Source: Thalia democratica (Eukaryota). From it: a stretch of DNA of 64,000 nt. Numbering within the stretch: position 1 is the first letter of the stretch; every line of letters starts with the position of its first letter. The stretch covers positions 24,490,001 to 24,554,000 of the forward strand of contig OZ241829.1 in the NCBI GenBank assembly GCA_965202585.1. Direction: 5' to 3'. The notes under the pieces were generated by a model, which worked only from the letters and a program-made list of their open reading frames with translations, did not search any database and was not told the DNA's origin. Of this stretch, positions 1 through 13,293 are shown piece after piece. The translations under genes and the position numbers were made by a program.

Positions 1-2323
1 TGTTACAAATCAAACATTTCAGTTTTCCCCTGCTCGTCATTTGCATTGGAAGGTCTGTACAAGCTGGAAATAAAATTAAAAATCAGTATAAAAATTGTAA
101 AAAAGTTTGTGGATAAATATTGAAAACACTTTACGTGTTCATTTAAGAGTAAATTTTAATTACCGATATTTGTTTTTTTAATTAAGAATCAAAAGCAGAA
201 ATAAGAGAAAATACGTCTTTAAAATACATTCCTAAATATATAATACAAACATAGAGAAAAATTTATAGTGATATGTAGTTTTACTTGAAAAACATCAGTA
301 AAACAACTAGATTAATTTTGTTAAACATTTTTATATATTCAGATAAAAAATTGGAATTTGTTAATTTTTTAGAGTGATACAGATAAACAAGTTTTGAGTA
401 TTCAAAAATGTTGAGCATAGTAAAAAATTAAACTAGAGCTAGTAAATGTATTAAAATGTCAATCAAATATAAATTACTACTAATAAGATAATCAATATCT
501 ATTATAGATTAGCCTACAGTATAGTTTTATAATTTTTAATCTAAATTAATAGCCCATAAATCTATGGTATGCTAAAAGAAAACATAATCTACTTCTTGAT
601 TACAAATTGCGATGCTTTTAGTTTTTAGTTTATAAACAATAACTAAAAAACAAACTTGGAGGTTTTTGCAAGTTTCTTAATTGGGACAGTGATATTTTCT
701 TATAACGGCGGGAAAACCAGTAACTTGGATGTTTAGGTTCCAACTTGGATTCATTTGAATTAGAGGTTGGCTGGAAAATAAGAACTAAATATAAGTTTTT
801 TTTTATAACTTGATGCAGAACTATTCAAAGCAGGTAAATCTCTTGTTAAAAGACGTAAGTTTTAGATTTAACATTTAATAATCTCTGGTTGAAGTTAAAC
901 AACGAAGTGCAGTAAAATGTATCATAAAGCTTCCTGGAAAAGACGTTAAAAGGTATCCGTGTGGTGTGCGACTCGATAACTGAAAGGTTTTTTCGTGCAC
1001 CAGGTCCTAGCACCAAGTATTTTGAATGTTGTTTTTGTCGTTCAATAAACTTATATATATCTTGTAAAAAAATTAAATATTTTTAAATTTACTTAAGAAC
1101 TAACTTAAAGCTTTTTCTCCGAAAACTAACATTAAAAACAAAAAACTTTTTGTTTTTATAACTTTGCATTGGCTGATAGAACAATTTATTCAAATAAAAA
1201 TGTGTGCCTCATAGCAATAACATGAGACTTCGTTTGTAAAAAATATTTTCACCGACATAAAGATTTTTTGATTAAACAGCTACTTTCTACAACTAATTTA
1301 CAAAAATATTAGTAGAAAAATTTGTTCTTTCCCAATATAGTTGATTTACAACTGTTTTACAAACCTTTTAACAAAAAAAATTTCCAAAAGAAGTAAAATA
1401 TGAAAAAATTGCCAATGAAGATACTTAATGAATACAACTTTAAACTTACTTCAATAACTACTGTACGAGTGGCTTGGGATTTATTTGGACCATTGTCGTT
1501 TGTGGGTTTGCTTTTTAAACTCCAACAACTATCGAAAAAATTAAAAGTTATAATAGCCTTGTTTAATAAAGTTTAGAATTTTAAGGTGGACAAATTATTT
1601 TTTAAATTGTTGGTATTTGTTTCTAATCTACATACCTGAATCCAACTTTCTCGAACAACTTATTTTCAAGCTTTAACTTGTTTCGGATATTTCTCTAAAT
1701 ATTGAAAAAAAAAATAAACCGATAAAAAACTATTAGAAATCATAAAAACACTAAATATTTTTTAGAGTAACTAAATAAAATATTCATACATTGTTCATCT
1801 AGTGTTTACTTATGAGTTTTAATCTTTATTGTTGAGGTTTTGTTAATGCGTATAAATTGTCAATAAACTTACTTTCCAGTTTGTACAACTTTTTTCTAAA
1901 GCCAACTTTGGTACTTTTTGCAGAATGTACTCGTCTATTTCTTCTACTTCCATGATTTTGTCCTCTGATGAAATTATGGCTTCTGAAATCAACTCACTCA
2001 GTTTAAATCCGCTCCATCGTTTTTTGTACATATCTTGGTAACTACGAACAGGCTTTTTGCTCTGACAAAGTTAAACTAAATCTAATACAGTAAGAAAGCA
2101 GTGTATAAGTCTTATATAAAATGCATAATAAAATTCGTTTTAGAATAAAGTTAATTAACAATTAAAAACTATGATTTGACTAGTTTTAAAATAAAATTTA
2201 CGGATCATAGCTACTTTTAATCCTTGGTAGTAGCAACGCTTAACACTTTATTTTTAATAAATATTGTCATTTATTTTATCTTTTAACAACTTGAAAACTT
2301 ACCTTTAATTTCAGAGAAGTCAT
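1..2323 (-). CDS. Divergent forkhead (winged-helix, FoxO-like) protein; 3' end beyond window start
   Basis: Exons 2323-2303, 2061-1873, 1694-1636, 1528-1450, 770-656 and 63-<1 join with GT-AG and matching phases (0,0,2,0,1), with no stop. Product: MTSLKLKSKKPVRSYQDMYKKRWSGFKLSELISEAIISSEDKIMEVEEIDEYILQKVPKLALEKSCTNWK|RNIRNKLKLENKLFEKVGFS|CWSLKSKP...RGKLKCLICN. This aligns by eye to the FoxO forkhead pattern WGNLSYADLITKAIESS..KRLTLSQIY...VP...GWK|NSIRHNLSL..RF.RV....SWW, including a phase-0 intron right after WK. Confidence 0.75.
931..1065 (+). repeat. Dispersed ~130-bp stem-loop repeat, copy 1 (in a forkhead-gene intron)
   Basis: agacgttaaaaggtatcc..ggtgtgcgactcgataactgaaaggttttttcgtgcaccaggtcc..gttcaataaacttatatata is shared with 5394-5528, 2913-2970 and (reverse) 59461-59555. 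Confidence 0.85.
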
Positions 2324-2912
2324 AATTCTAAGTTTTAGTTTTGCTAAAGCTAAAAAGTGTTTATTATATGTTTATAAGAAACGTTAAAAAACGCAAGGAC
2401 TTAGTCTATTTTATTTTTCAGATAAAATTTAACTACATTAACTTAAATAAAATTTACTTATGGTCAAGCTTAAAACTAATTTGGACTAAAAAAAACTTTT
2501 AGTTTTTTTTACAATCTCGTAAAAGATAAATTAAACTTTTTGATTTATAAACAGCTACATTTTCTGGTTTTAATTTTTCACAAAAACCTTAGTCCATTAA
2601 CTAAGCAGTTCATTATGAATGGTTCAACCAAGAGAAATTTAATTGATTGTTCTTCTAAATTTATTTCATGTTATATGAACTTTGCTTTTCTAAGGACCTC
2701 TTCAAGACTAATAGAACTCACATTCCATGAAAGTTTTGTCGTATAACATTTAGCTGTTTCAATATAGAAATTATAGTGATCATAAATCAGCCGTTTATTT
2801 CAAGAAGCTACTATGTTTGCTTAATAAATTTGAATCCAAACACTTTTTGATTATGTTAATCTCATTTTTCCCCTTCAAAACATGTCATTTTAGTATTTTT
2901 TTTGTTTAAGTT

Positions 2913-2970
2913 GAATGCGCTCGATGACCGAGAGGTCTTTTCGTGCATTTAGGTCGTAAAACTAAAGTAC
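2913..2970 (+). repeat. Stem-loop repeat, degenerate copy 3
   Basis: aatgcgctcgatgaccgagaggtcttttcgtgcatttaggtc aligns to the hairpin core of copies 1 and 2. Confidence 0.65.
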
Positions 2971-5393
2971 TTTTTTAAGCTTCTTATCGTTTTCGTTTTT
3001 TTTTTATTGTTAAATAAACATACAATGGTCTTTTGTATACATATTTTTAACTAGTTCATGTTTTTATAAGCCGTACAGAAGCTTTCGATTATTACGTCAT
3101 TTCAACTTTTAACAATTGAAATACTTTTTTTATGTTTTAGTTTAACTTTTTAATGGTCAGCATTCTTTTATATTCTTTTATACATAACAAGTCAAATTTT
3201 ATTGACAAAGCCTTTTGCGGGCATTCTTTTTTTATAATATGAAAAATAATCATTTACTTTTAACTTTTAAGAACTCAAAATTACAAAACTATTAGAATAA
3301 GCATAAATAAAATGAGTATACAACACATTGTTGGTTTTCTTATAACTATAAGTGCGGTAAATTTGTAAATCTTAAATAATTTAGGTCTGCAATTTAAAGT
3401 TTGCAGTTGAATTTTTTTAAATAATAGACCAATCAAACGGAGCGGGCCGTATCATAAAAAGTTTTTACTGAAGTTGCCATACCGAATGTAGTATGACTTT
3501 TTTTTTAATCATGTTGGTTCTTTTTGTTGTTGTTGAGATTATTACTAGAACTATTCAAGACGTTTCATTTACTATATAATTTGGTGTTATATAACCCTTA
3601 ACAATAAATTAAGTAGTTTAAAAATGTGTACAGTTTCTTTTTTAATACATAAGTTAAATCATATGATACACTAAAAGTTAAAAATTAAGTTAAAAAAGTG
3701 GCTATCAAATGCTCCTTTTTATCCAATTTTAAAACTTTAAATACAAACAAAAAATGTTTTTCACAGAGTTAAAACATCTAGTGTATTCTACAAAAGCACA
3801 TTTTTGCATGTTTTGTTTGTATCTGGTATATGGTAGAACGTAAATTACTTTGAGTAAAACAGTTATTCCTACTACAATATAGTAAATAGTAATAAATAAA
3901 TAAATAATAGTAAATTATGGAAATTCATTTTGTTTTAGTTTTTACTTTTAAATTATGAAAAAAAAACGGCAAACACTGTTTTTTTCTCAAATGTATTAAA
4001 AATAAAAATTTTAATTTTAGTGCCGGCAAGTATTCAAAAACATTTATTAGCAACTAAATTGTATTAAGGTTTGTTGAAAGTTTAACATGTGGCGATGGAT
4101 AACTGCTACTAAGATGCTAAAATGTTTGTACTTTTACAAAATCAAACGCAGTATTTAAAACTTAAAAATGTTTATAGCTCAAATAGAATGTGCTTAAAAA
4201 GTTTTTATTGCCATCATAATTTTTGAACCTTACCCTCTTAAATTCCAATATTTCAACGTTTTAAATGAAATTTAACATTCTCAACTAAAGTTTGTTTATA
4301 ACAAGCTTTCGCGTTTAGAAAACAATAAGCATATATAAGTATGTTTATAAACTGGTTTGTTTATAAATGCAGTGTATAATCGATGATTGCTTAACTATAA
4401 AATTGATGAAAATTTAGCGTGGTATTTTTAGTAGGGGGTGCGGAAAACTTTTAAACTTCTAAAAATTCCTTTACTTTAAAATTTTGTTTTGACTAGTTTG
4501 GTAACTTCGTTTACAAGGTTAACAAAAAATATTAGTTAATCGAAAAAAACGAAGCTACTATAGATAACAACTTCCTACTTATTTTTGAGCAGCTCCCATT
4601 CTGAAGAACTGAAGCTTTATTTATTGATTTATTTTTTCTATCTATCGATGCAACTTTAAGTTCGCTGGTTGAAGGTTTTTTCAAAACGACTACCATTCCG
4701 CATATGTCTCTCATTAATTGTATTTTAAACCTCGAATATACTCAATTGAAAAAAGTAGCAGGGACATTAAAATATCAAATAAAGATAAAACTTGTAAAGT
4801 CATTTTATAGACTCTGATGCAAATAAAATTATTTTTAACAAGCATAGTTCACCACTAGTATCAAAACAACTTTTTTGAAGTAAAGTTGTAGTATCTTGTA
4901 AGTAGTTCTCAGACTTGTATTTTTAGATGTGAGAATTTTTTTTTACTTAAATACCTTATTTTGTTGTGAAACTTTTTAGTTAAAATTAATTCATAATCGG
5001 CTACAACTCTAAAGTATATAATTTTCTATTTTATCTATTATAAAATGTAGGTCTAATTCATTAACAATTAAGCAAAAATTCCATAATTGGCTGAATATGC
5101 AGCTTTAGGATACAAAACTAAAAATGCTGTTTGCTAAATTCTAAAGTTGAAACTCAGCAGCTCTTGTGAGATTGAATATGTTTCTTTGATACAATGTGGC
5201 TAGTTGTTTTGCGTATTATATTGATGACCCTGTATAGTGTTTTCTTTTTGTAAAATCAAAGCTAAAAAGTCTAAAGCAATGAAAAAGCAGAATACTTATA
5301 AAATGTTATGTTTAAATACTTGCACCAACATTGACGAAGACCTTATTTCAACGACCGAAATGTGAATCCTTCGTACTGTACAACTTTTATAAC

Positions 5394-5528
5394 TCCCGGA
5401 CAAGACGTTAAAAGGTATCCAAATGGTGTACGACTCGGTACCCGAAAGGTTTTTTCGTACACCAGGTCCTTGGACTAAACTTTTTGAGCGCTTTTTTTCA
5501 CGTTCAACAAACTATATATATTGTAGCA
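5394..5528 (+). repeat. Stem-loop repeat, copy 2
   Basis: caagacgttaaaaggtatcc..ggtgtacga(5425-5433)..tcgtacacc(5455-5463)aggtcc..gttcaacaaactatatata; perfect 9-bp outer stem. Confidence 0.85.
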
Positions 5529-5989
5529 AAACGTTTAACATCATGTTTAAAACAAACTTCAAAGTGTTTTATATTTTAACATAAAGTTGTTCTAGAAAAA
5601 ACATGTGTACAACTTAAATCACAAGTCAGCCATCAGACTTTTTCAAATTGTTCTAAATTGTGTGAAAAAATTACCAGGTCACATGGTACAAAACATTTGT
5701 CTTAACTTTCTGGATCAAGTTGTTGAAAATATTTAATTTTTTGAAAAGCAAAAATAATGAAGGAAATAAAACGCTTTGCAATTGTGGAATAAAAAATAAA
5801 CGTCCCCTCAATAAAAACGCTTGGTAGAAAACGTTATATATCAAGCAAAAATCAGCTCAGTCAAGAAGTTGTTTAGGCTGTACGGGTGGCGCATACAAAA
5901 AAAGATGATACGACCACATCAGTGACTTGAAAATTTACAATTAAAACGGCACAGAACTGTCAAAATACATCTGGAAGAAAAAAAACAAT

Positions 5990-8920
5990 TTCAACTTCAA
6001 AATAGGCTGGGAAATAATTCATCACATTGGCGCGTTCTTTAACTTTCAAAAAAAAAATTTTGATCTTCCACAAAAAAAATCCTTGAAAAGTTATTATCAT
6101 TAAGGAAAATTAAATCTAGCTGTATAAACACTAACCAACAAGTAGAAGTGGCTGAAGCTCAAAAAGCCCTTGATGAAACGAAAAAGAGCTAGCAGAATTT
6201 TGAAGATCATGAGAGAAGCAAAGAATGACCTAAGAGCCATGAAACTAAATTATTAGCTTCTGCCAAATTAAATCTGAAGAAAACTTTAAAAAGTCTTTGC
6301 AAAGCTCTTATTAATCTTTAATTAAACCGCTTAAGGTTATAAGTGGTACCAAATTAGGAATAAAATAAATAAACATATATGCCAAAGATAAAAATTGCTG
6401 ACTGAATCGAATAATTTTTAACGAAAAAAGTAGAAGAAGAACAATCAATGAATAACAACTAGCTCATGAGAATGGCTCAACGTGATGTCTAAAGAAAAAA
6501 AAAAGTCTCATCATGGAAACACAAGCGTAAGATGAGCTTTATAAAAGAATAGCTCGAAAAAGTATCATTGGCCGGGTTCAAACTTACGCTCAAGCAAGAG
6601 TTGAGGCAGAAGAAAACACAAGTTTGAAGCTGAAAATTGCCAAAATTCTCGCTTCTTACGAAGTCCGAATAAGAAGATCATCAAGTAAATGGATGATAAC
6701 AGTTGAACTTTTGTATGAAAAACGGGTTCTTTTAATATGAAGCTTAATAAGAAAAGGGCGAAAAATCGACATGATGCCTCAAGAAATTAAATCAGAACAG
6801 CAATCAATCGACATGATACCTGAGCAAACAAAGATGAAATCTGTAGGAGCAAAGAAAGAAAAAGTGCGGAATGAAGAAGTGGTGCAGAAAGAACAAGAAT
6901 AAACAACTTAAACTCTGCGTAGCTCCAAGAAAATAAACAAATGGTTTGCACAAACGATGAAAGCCTCGGAGGTTGTTTCCATGCGCATCAAACTATTACT
7001 GACTCAGTTTTAAAATTTAATATATTTACAAAAATTAAGAAGAAGTTGCTGAGATGAACGATTCAAAAAGACTATAGAAAGATCAGGAAACACTAAAAAC
7101 CTGCAGTAAGGATATGGAAAATGACAATATAAAATTCCTTTTAAAAAATGCGGCGATGCAAAACAAAATCGAAAGTTTTAATAAAAAGTTAAAGGAAACA
7201 AACGAAAAAATTTTGAAAACGTTTATTGAGCAATCTATTTTAAATGAAGCAAGTAGTTATGAATAGGAAAGCAAGCAAAAAAGCCAGATTCAATAGCACG
7301 CTTAAGCAAGAGTATAGGCAGGATAACAGGATAAGGACAGTTTGAAGCCGAAAGCTATCGAAGCTCTTGCTGAAATCTAAATTGAAAAGCTAAAAAGAGA
7401 GATTTGTATCCAATAAAATACAACATAATTGTATTTATTAATAAAAGCTACATGGAGATCCGATGGTTTCAGGGAGAGATCTTAAATGCTGACAACGAAA
7501 ATGCACGGCACTCACTGCTGCGAATTTTTCCACGGAAGCGATTGATGCTCAAAATCAAAGAGCGTCAGATGAGTTTACTCGAGAAGAAGATCGAAAAACT
7601 CTCGTCTGCCAACTCCCAGCTACTGTGATTTTTTAATAGATCCCTCTTGAAAAATAAGCAAGAGAAAGATAAAACAAGAAAAGTAAGCTTAAAAACATAA
7701 CTTCAAAGTTATTAAAACTAATATTTTCCAGCTACTGTGGTAGCAGCAAGCGCTTGAGAAGGAGATTGCTGGAAGCTCTAGCAAGATCCAATGTAAGCTG
7801 AGGAAGAAAACGACGCTCTTCAAAATAAAGTTGAAAAAAAAGAATAGAAGGAAATATATTTTTTTTTTGTTTCTAGTTTAAAAAAGACTAAGCAACAAGC
7901 AGTTTATTTCTTAGACTAAGACGTTCTTGAGTTTCATCATGAGCATAAAGTGATTTTCCTAGAGATGAAAATAGTTTTTAACACTACCTCATTCCAATGA
8001 TGGAAAAAATCAAACGTTCTTCAGAGGATTGGAGTCTAGAAAATTGTTTATTCGAAGAATAAAAAAAAGCATAGATTTTTTTAGTTAAGTCATCTAGCTT
8101 CTACCTTCTCTATTCAACATGTTTATAAGATGTAAAAAACTTACAGGCTTTGTAGAAAAAAGCTTCATTAGTAAGGACCCTATAAGAAAAAGTAAGTTTA
8201 ATTAACTGTAATAATTTGTGAAATTTTCTTTTATAGTTGTAAAATACTCGTTCAACTATAAAAAAAACTAGTTTGAATAAACATTCAATGTAGAAGGTTT
8301 TAAAGAAAAATTGAACAATAAATAGTTGAGTAATACTCACTAACTCATTGTACGACAACTGTTAGCTTACATTTATTTCTCAATAGGTAATAAAATAAAT
8401 CAATATAAAGAAACCTTTTTTAAAGGTGGAAAAGTTGGTGTAGAAAAGGAGTAAAAATCGATATGACGTCTGAGCAAATAGTGATGCAATCAGCAGAGCG
8501 CAGAAAGAAGAAGAATCAACAACCCAAGCTCCGTGCAACTCCAAGAAAGCAAGCAAGAATGCTGGATTCAAGATAGAGTTGAGGCAGAAGAAGGTCAAAA
8601 ACGTCAGTTTAAAGCCGAAAGCTACCGAAGCTCTTTCTGCTCACGAAGCCCGGCTGGCGGACGAGGAGGAAGCTCATAAGACCAAATACAAAGATAATTT
8701 ACAATAATCAATTATAAAACTTTTTTTTAAACTAGATATAATGAAAATAGGCTTTATAAATGTATTTAGATTCAAAAGTTGAAAACAGAAGTGAGAGAGT
8801 TGAAGGAGAAAAACGAAAAGAGTGAGAGGACCAACAGCGAAGTGTTTGAAACGAACGACTCTTTGCTAGAAGAACGCGAGAAGTTTGAAAGAGTCTGGAA
8901 AAGAAAAATAAAGTTAATGA
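5990..8920 (+). pseudogene. Decayed coiled-coil gene fragments in repeated modules
   Basis: E/K/Q-rich reading-frame pieces broken by stops and frameshifts (e.g. MLKIKERQMSLLEKKIEKLSSANSQLL 7545-7628; SLKPKATEALSAHEARLADEEE ~8605-8670). The module caagagttgaggcagaag..agtttgaagc(c/t)gaaa recurs near 6595-6635, 7305-7355 and 8575-8620. Confidence 0.55.
7720..8390. repeat. Local segmental duplication, block A
   Basis: Colinear similarity to 9640-10535. Anchors: cagcta(c/t)tgtgg(t/c)ag(c/t)agcaagcgcttgagaaggagat, caagcagtttatttctt, ggagtctagaaa, gctttgtagaaaaagcttcattagtaa, tttgaataaacattcaatgtagaa, tagcttacat. Confidence 0.85.
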
Positions 8921-9498
8921 ATTGTAGAGAGAGAACGGTGAAATTAAGTTAATAAACAAATTGAGCATTTTGTTTTGTAATCGATATCTGCCCTGCGTTG
9001 TGATAATAGTTAATAAGTTTACAAAATAACTAGTTGTAAACACTGACAAGTTTAAATTTATTAAAGCACTATGACGTTTGCTTAACGACGAATTTTTAAT
9101 ACAAAATGCTATTCTTGTTGTAGCAACGGGCAGTTTATTGATGAACTCTGGTTGATCACATCTCATTGAATTGGAACTCTGAGTGGATTGCAGTTGAGTG
9201 TTTAAACTTTTGTAAATTTGTTGCTTTAAAAGAAGTACCAAATTATAGATTAAACTTTGTTGCTTATTAAAGAAATTATTGAATTATTCTTTAGCTTTAT
9301 CAACTTTTTGTATAATTTTACTTGAGTTAATACGTATTTTTTAAATCACATTTGTTATTAAATATTGTTAATTAAACTGTGCTGTGTAATTTATAACCGG
9401 TTGTTTTTAATTTAAGCTACTATTTAAGTGATTACTATACCATTAGAATGATTAAGACTAAGAAGGGCTTAAGACAAAAAAATAAGTTAACGGGTCTT

Positions 9499-9524
9499 GC
9501 AGATACTGAGCCATCAGTATCTGC
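9499..9524. other. Perfect 11-bp hairpin
   Basis: gcagatactga-gcca-tcagtatctgc, lying between the two duplicated blocks. Confidence 0.7.
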
Positions 9525-9639
9525 TGACTTCAGTTTAATTATCTATTAGACCCCTGTCAAAATCTAAGGAGGGAAAGAAAGCTAGACAATTAAGTTTATA
9601 ATCATGACTTAGGAGTTCTTAAAACTAATTATATTACTT

Positions 9640-10535
9640 GAACAGCTATTGTGGCAGTAGCAAGCGCTTGAGAAGGAGATCGCTTGAAGCTCCAACAATG
9701 AAAGATGATTAAGAAAACAACGTTCTTGAAAACAAATTATCAAAAAGGAAAATGGAGACTTTTTTGTTTTTAAGCGACAAAAACGCTTGAAACTAATTAA
9801 TACAAAGCAAACAAAGAAACAAGCGTACAAGCAGTTTATTTCTTGTAGAAAGACGTTCTTGAGTTAAATCACCAGTTTAAAATGAGTTTCCTAAAAGTAA
9901 ATTAGTTTTTAAACCCAACTTCATCCCAATAAGAGTGAAAAATCAAAATTTTTTCAGAGGGTTGGAGTCTAGAAAGTAGTTTATTTGAAGAAAATAAAAA
10001 AATTTGTAAAAGTTTTCAACAAAAAATATACTTATATCGAATGCTAGTTAATTAAATATAACTTCTTTGCTATAAAGATAAAAAAGTACAAACTAATTAA
10101 AGTATAAAAGATTTCTAAAGGAAAATAAAAACGCAGTTTTCTAGATAATTGGTGAAACTTGTAGTTTTTTTCAAAGCTGACAACCTAGTTTTGGTTTGTT
10201 TATTTAGTTAAGTCATCTACCTTCTTTTTTCTTTTTTCAACATGCTTATAAGATGTAAAAGCTTTTAAACTTTTTTTCAAAATACTTACAAGCTTTGTAG
10301 AAAAAGCTTCATTAGTAAAAGACTCTACAAGAAATAGTAGAAAGTAAGTTTAATTAACTGTAATAACTTGTGAAATCTTGTTTTATAGTTGTAAAATGTT
10401 CCTTCAGCTACTTGTAAAAAAAACTGGTTTGAATAAACATTCAATGTAGAAAGTTTAAAAGGAAAAATTGAAAAGCAAAGAGGTAAAATAAGAGTTGTTG
10501 TAAGACAATTACTAGCTTACATATATTTGTCATAA
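9640..10535. repeat. Local segmental duplication, block B
   Basis: Direct-orientation diverged copy of 7720-8390, with insertions. Confidence 0.85.
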
Positions 10536-13293
10536 TAAGATAGGCTGAAAACTTTTTGTAAAACAAATGTTTTTGCATACAACTAGAAGTAAAAGAAAAA
10601 ACAATTTTTCATTGTCATACTAATTGCAATTAAAACTTAAATGTAAACTTTAGTTTCCAAAATTTTAAAGTTTTATTATGACGTAATATAAAATGATGTT
10701 TATCTAGACTGAATCTTAATTTGTACTGTATGAACTACTCAAAAACTAAACTGTATCTAAAATACTTAATTAGTTTAAACTTCATCAGAGGATTGCAGCC
10801 TTTTATAGATTAATTTTCATAGAAGAAGTTAATCGCGTGCCGCACTGTATAGAAAAAACTTTTCTGCAGATCGTAGTTGTTTAAATTAATTGCAGTGTTT
10901 AGTAAAAAGAAATACTATTTAGTAAAAATAAATACAATGTAACAATGCACAAGTAATTTACAAACATTAAATCTAGAGCCTAGTTGTGAAATTTTACTAC
11001 TGAATATATCTTTATTTCAAAGAGTATCTTTTAGGTAAAAGTACATCGCAAACCCTAAACTTAGCAGTACTTAAAAATAGGTAAACAATCAATCTATATG
11101 CCAAGTACAGAGGCAGCACTAAAAGAGTAACGAGCCAGATCTATATATTATCTATTATTAATGCTTTATGTTGTGACCGCCCAAAAAGTTATAAACCCTC
11201 TTTTTTTCAATTTTTTAGGTAATATGATTATTCATTTATGTGTGAATAAAACACAATTTAAGTCAATTTTTTCTTTAATGTGATTCAGTTTGTAAAAACA
11301 GAAAGCAATCTGTATCAATACTATTTAACTTTAAACATTTAGCAAACAAATCTAAATAATGATGACAGCTTATGTTCATAAAATATAAGTTTCACATTCA
11401 ATATTTTATAAAAACAGTCTAGAATTTAGTTGTTTTAGAGCGTATAAAAGTTTTTATTTTCATTATTTTAGCAACAAGGATTCACAACTGGAATGCAAAT
11501 CTGGTATAATATATTAACTAAATGTTTTTAAAACTTATAATAATAAAAATACTTTATTTACAGTTTAAAACTGGGTTTCCAAAGATCATTTTCATAATCA
11601 CCTTTTTGCAGTATTTGAATAGCAATTACCCCTCTACTAGTTTATTACTCTTTTAATTGTTTGCCTTTTGACAAGTTACCTTTTAAAATCCAAAATCGTC
11701 CCCTTTTGGAAATCCTAATCCTGAACGTATAAAACAAATTTAAGTTGTTAGTATACAATTTTATGATGTGATGAAAACTTTTTAAAAGTAATTATAAATA
11801 AAACTTTGCTAGTGTTAGCTAAAATAAGTTTAGTAGCTATTTGTTTAAACTAATGTTTTAGTATTTAAAGTATTTAAAGTTGTAGTCACAAAAATCAAAA
11901 GATTGATGCACGAATAAAAAAGCATTAGTGTGAAACTAATAAAGAATAGTATGCAAATTATCACTAGTAATATTAAAAAGCTACATTAGACTTTAGTTTT
12001 AGATATAAACATAAGTACTAAGTCAAAAGACTTATACAGTATAGTTTCTATTTTTTTTAATTTATCAGTCATCTATTTGAAAACTTTCATCTATAAAAAT
12101 ATTTACCTTTATTAGTTATACAGTTTGTCATAAATTTGCAGTTTAATGCCTATATTTGAAAATATGTACTATACTTGACCAGGTAAATTAATAAATCTCT
12201 ACAGTATAACTGTAAACAAAAAATACGAGGAACATAAATCTAGAGTAAAGATTACTAAAAAATAGAAATTTTAAAATACAAAATAAGTGAGTAACAACAA
12301 AGAATAACTACAATTTTGTACAAAACATGCTCTTTTGGTTATCGAGAAAAACTACAGTTTTAATGAGTTTGACAACTTATAGTTATAAAGACCATTTAAT
12401 GATATATATATTTTTTGACGATCAATTAGTTTGCTTCAATTAATTGAAGTAAAAATAAACGGGAAAAATCAGTTAAACATTACTGTGTTTTTACTTGCGT
12501 AAACTTTAAAACTTTTTCAAAACTATCAAGCAAATATATTTTAGCCTACTATTAGGACAACTAGATTATATTTACAAAAAAGTAAATTGAACATATCAAT
12601 AAAATTTGAAACCATAGCGTATGAAACAAGCTTAATATCAGTTAGATTGTTTGAAAATAAGTTATAAAAATATATACATGTTCATTGACAATTTTTTTTT
12701 CTTAAGATAAGTTTTAAAATGAGTAGACTTATACCTCTAAAAAAACCAGTTTAAATATCCTTAGTTTCGGTTTTTTATTTTTTAAGTTGTTAAGTTTTAT
12801 AAAGTAACTAATAGCTATTTATAGTTTTTGATATATATATATATAGTTTAGTAAATGTTGTTAAAAGTTTGGCCTTTTTCTTATTTAACTAAGTTAGTTT
12901 AATACAACCACTTAAAAGTTAACAATTAATTTCATGAGTTTTGCTAAAAAACTATGACAAGGTATTTTGATTTAAATAGTTGATACTTAGTAGGTTAAAC
13001 TAAACAAAACTTTAGTTTTATCAAGTTTGTTAGCACATTGCTTTTTAGAATATAGATAAATGTTACCTTATGTTTTTAAAATAAAACTTATTAACTTCAC
13101 AAAAGTTTCAAGCCCAAAGTCAATAAAAGTTAGTCAATTTTCTATAACTAAACTATTAAACATAAAAAAGGCCTTTTTTGTAAAACATTTTTAATGACTA
13201 CAAATAATAAAATAATATTTATTGGATTTTATAAGCAATATACTTTCACATCCAAATTTTCTAATACCATTCTATACAGTTTACATAGTTGTC

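Noticed and set aside
961-1001. Hammerhead or HDV ribozyme call for the stem-loop repeat
   Set aside because: No CUGANGA plus GAAA core, and no HDV nested pseudoknot, on either strand.
2540-2740. Minus-strand fragment resembling a BACK-domain end (EINLEEQSIKFLLVEPFIMNCL)
   Set aside because: Short, bounded by in-frame stops, and the resemblance is too weak to call without a profile search.
4532-4714. ORF as first exon of the forkhead gene
   Set aside because: Its best donors are phase 1 or 2 and give a stop when joined to the phase-0 exon at 2061. Exon 2323-2303 fits exactly.
8732-9241. 169-aa minus ORF
   Set aside because: No recognisable motif or splice context; part of it is antisense to purine-rich coiled-coil remnants.
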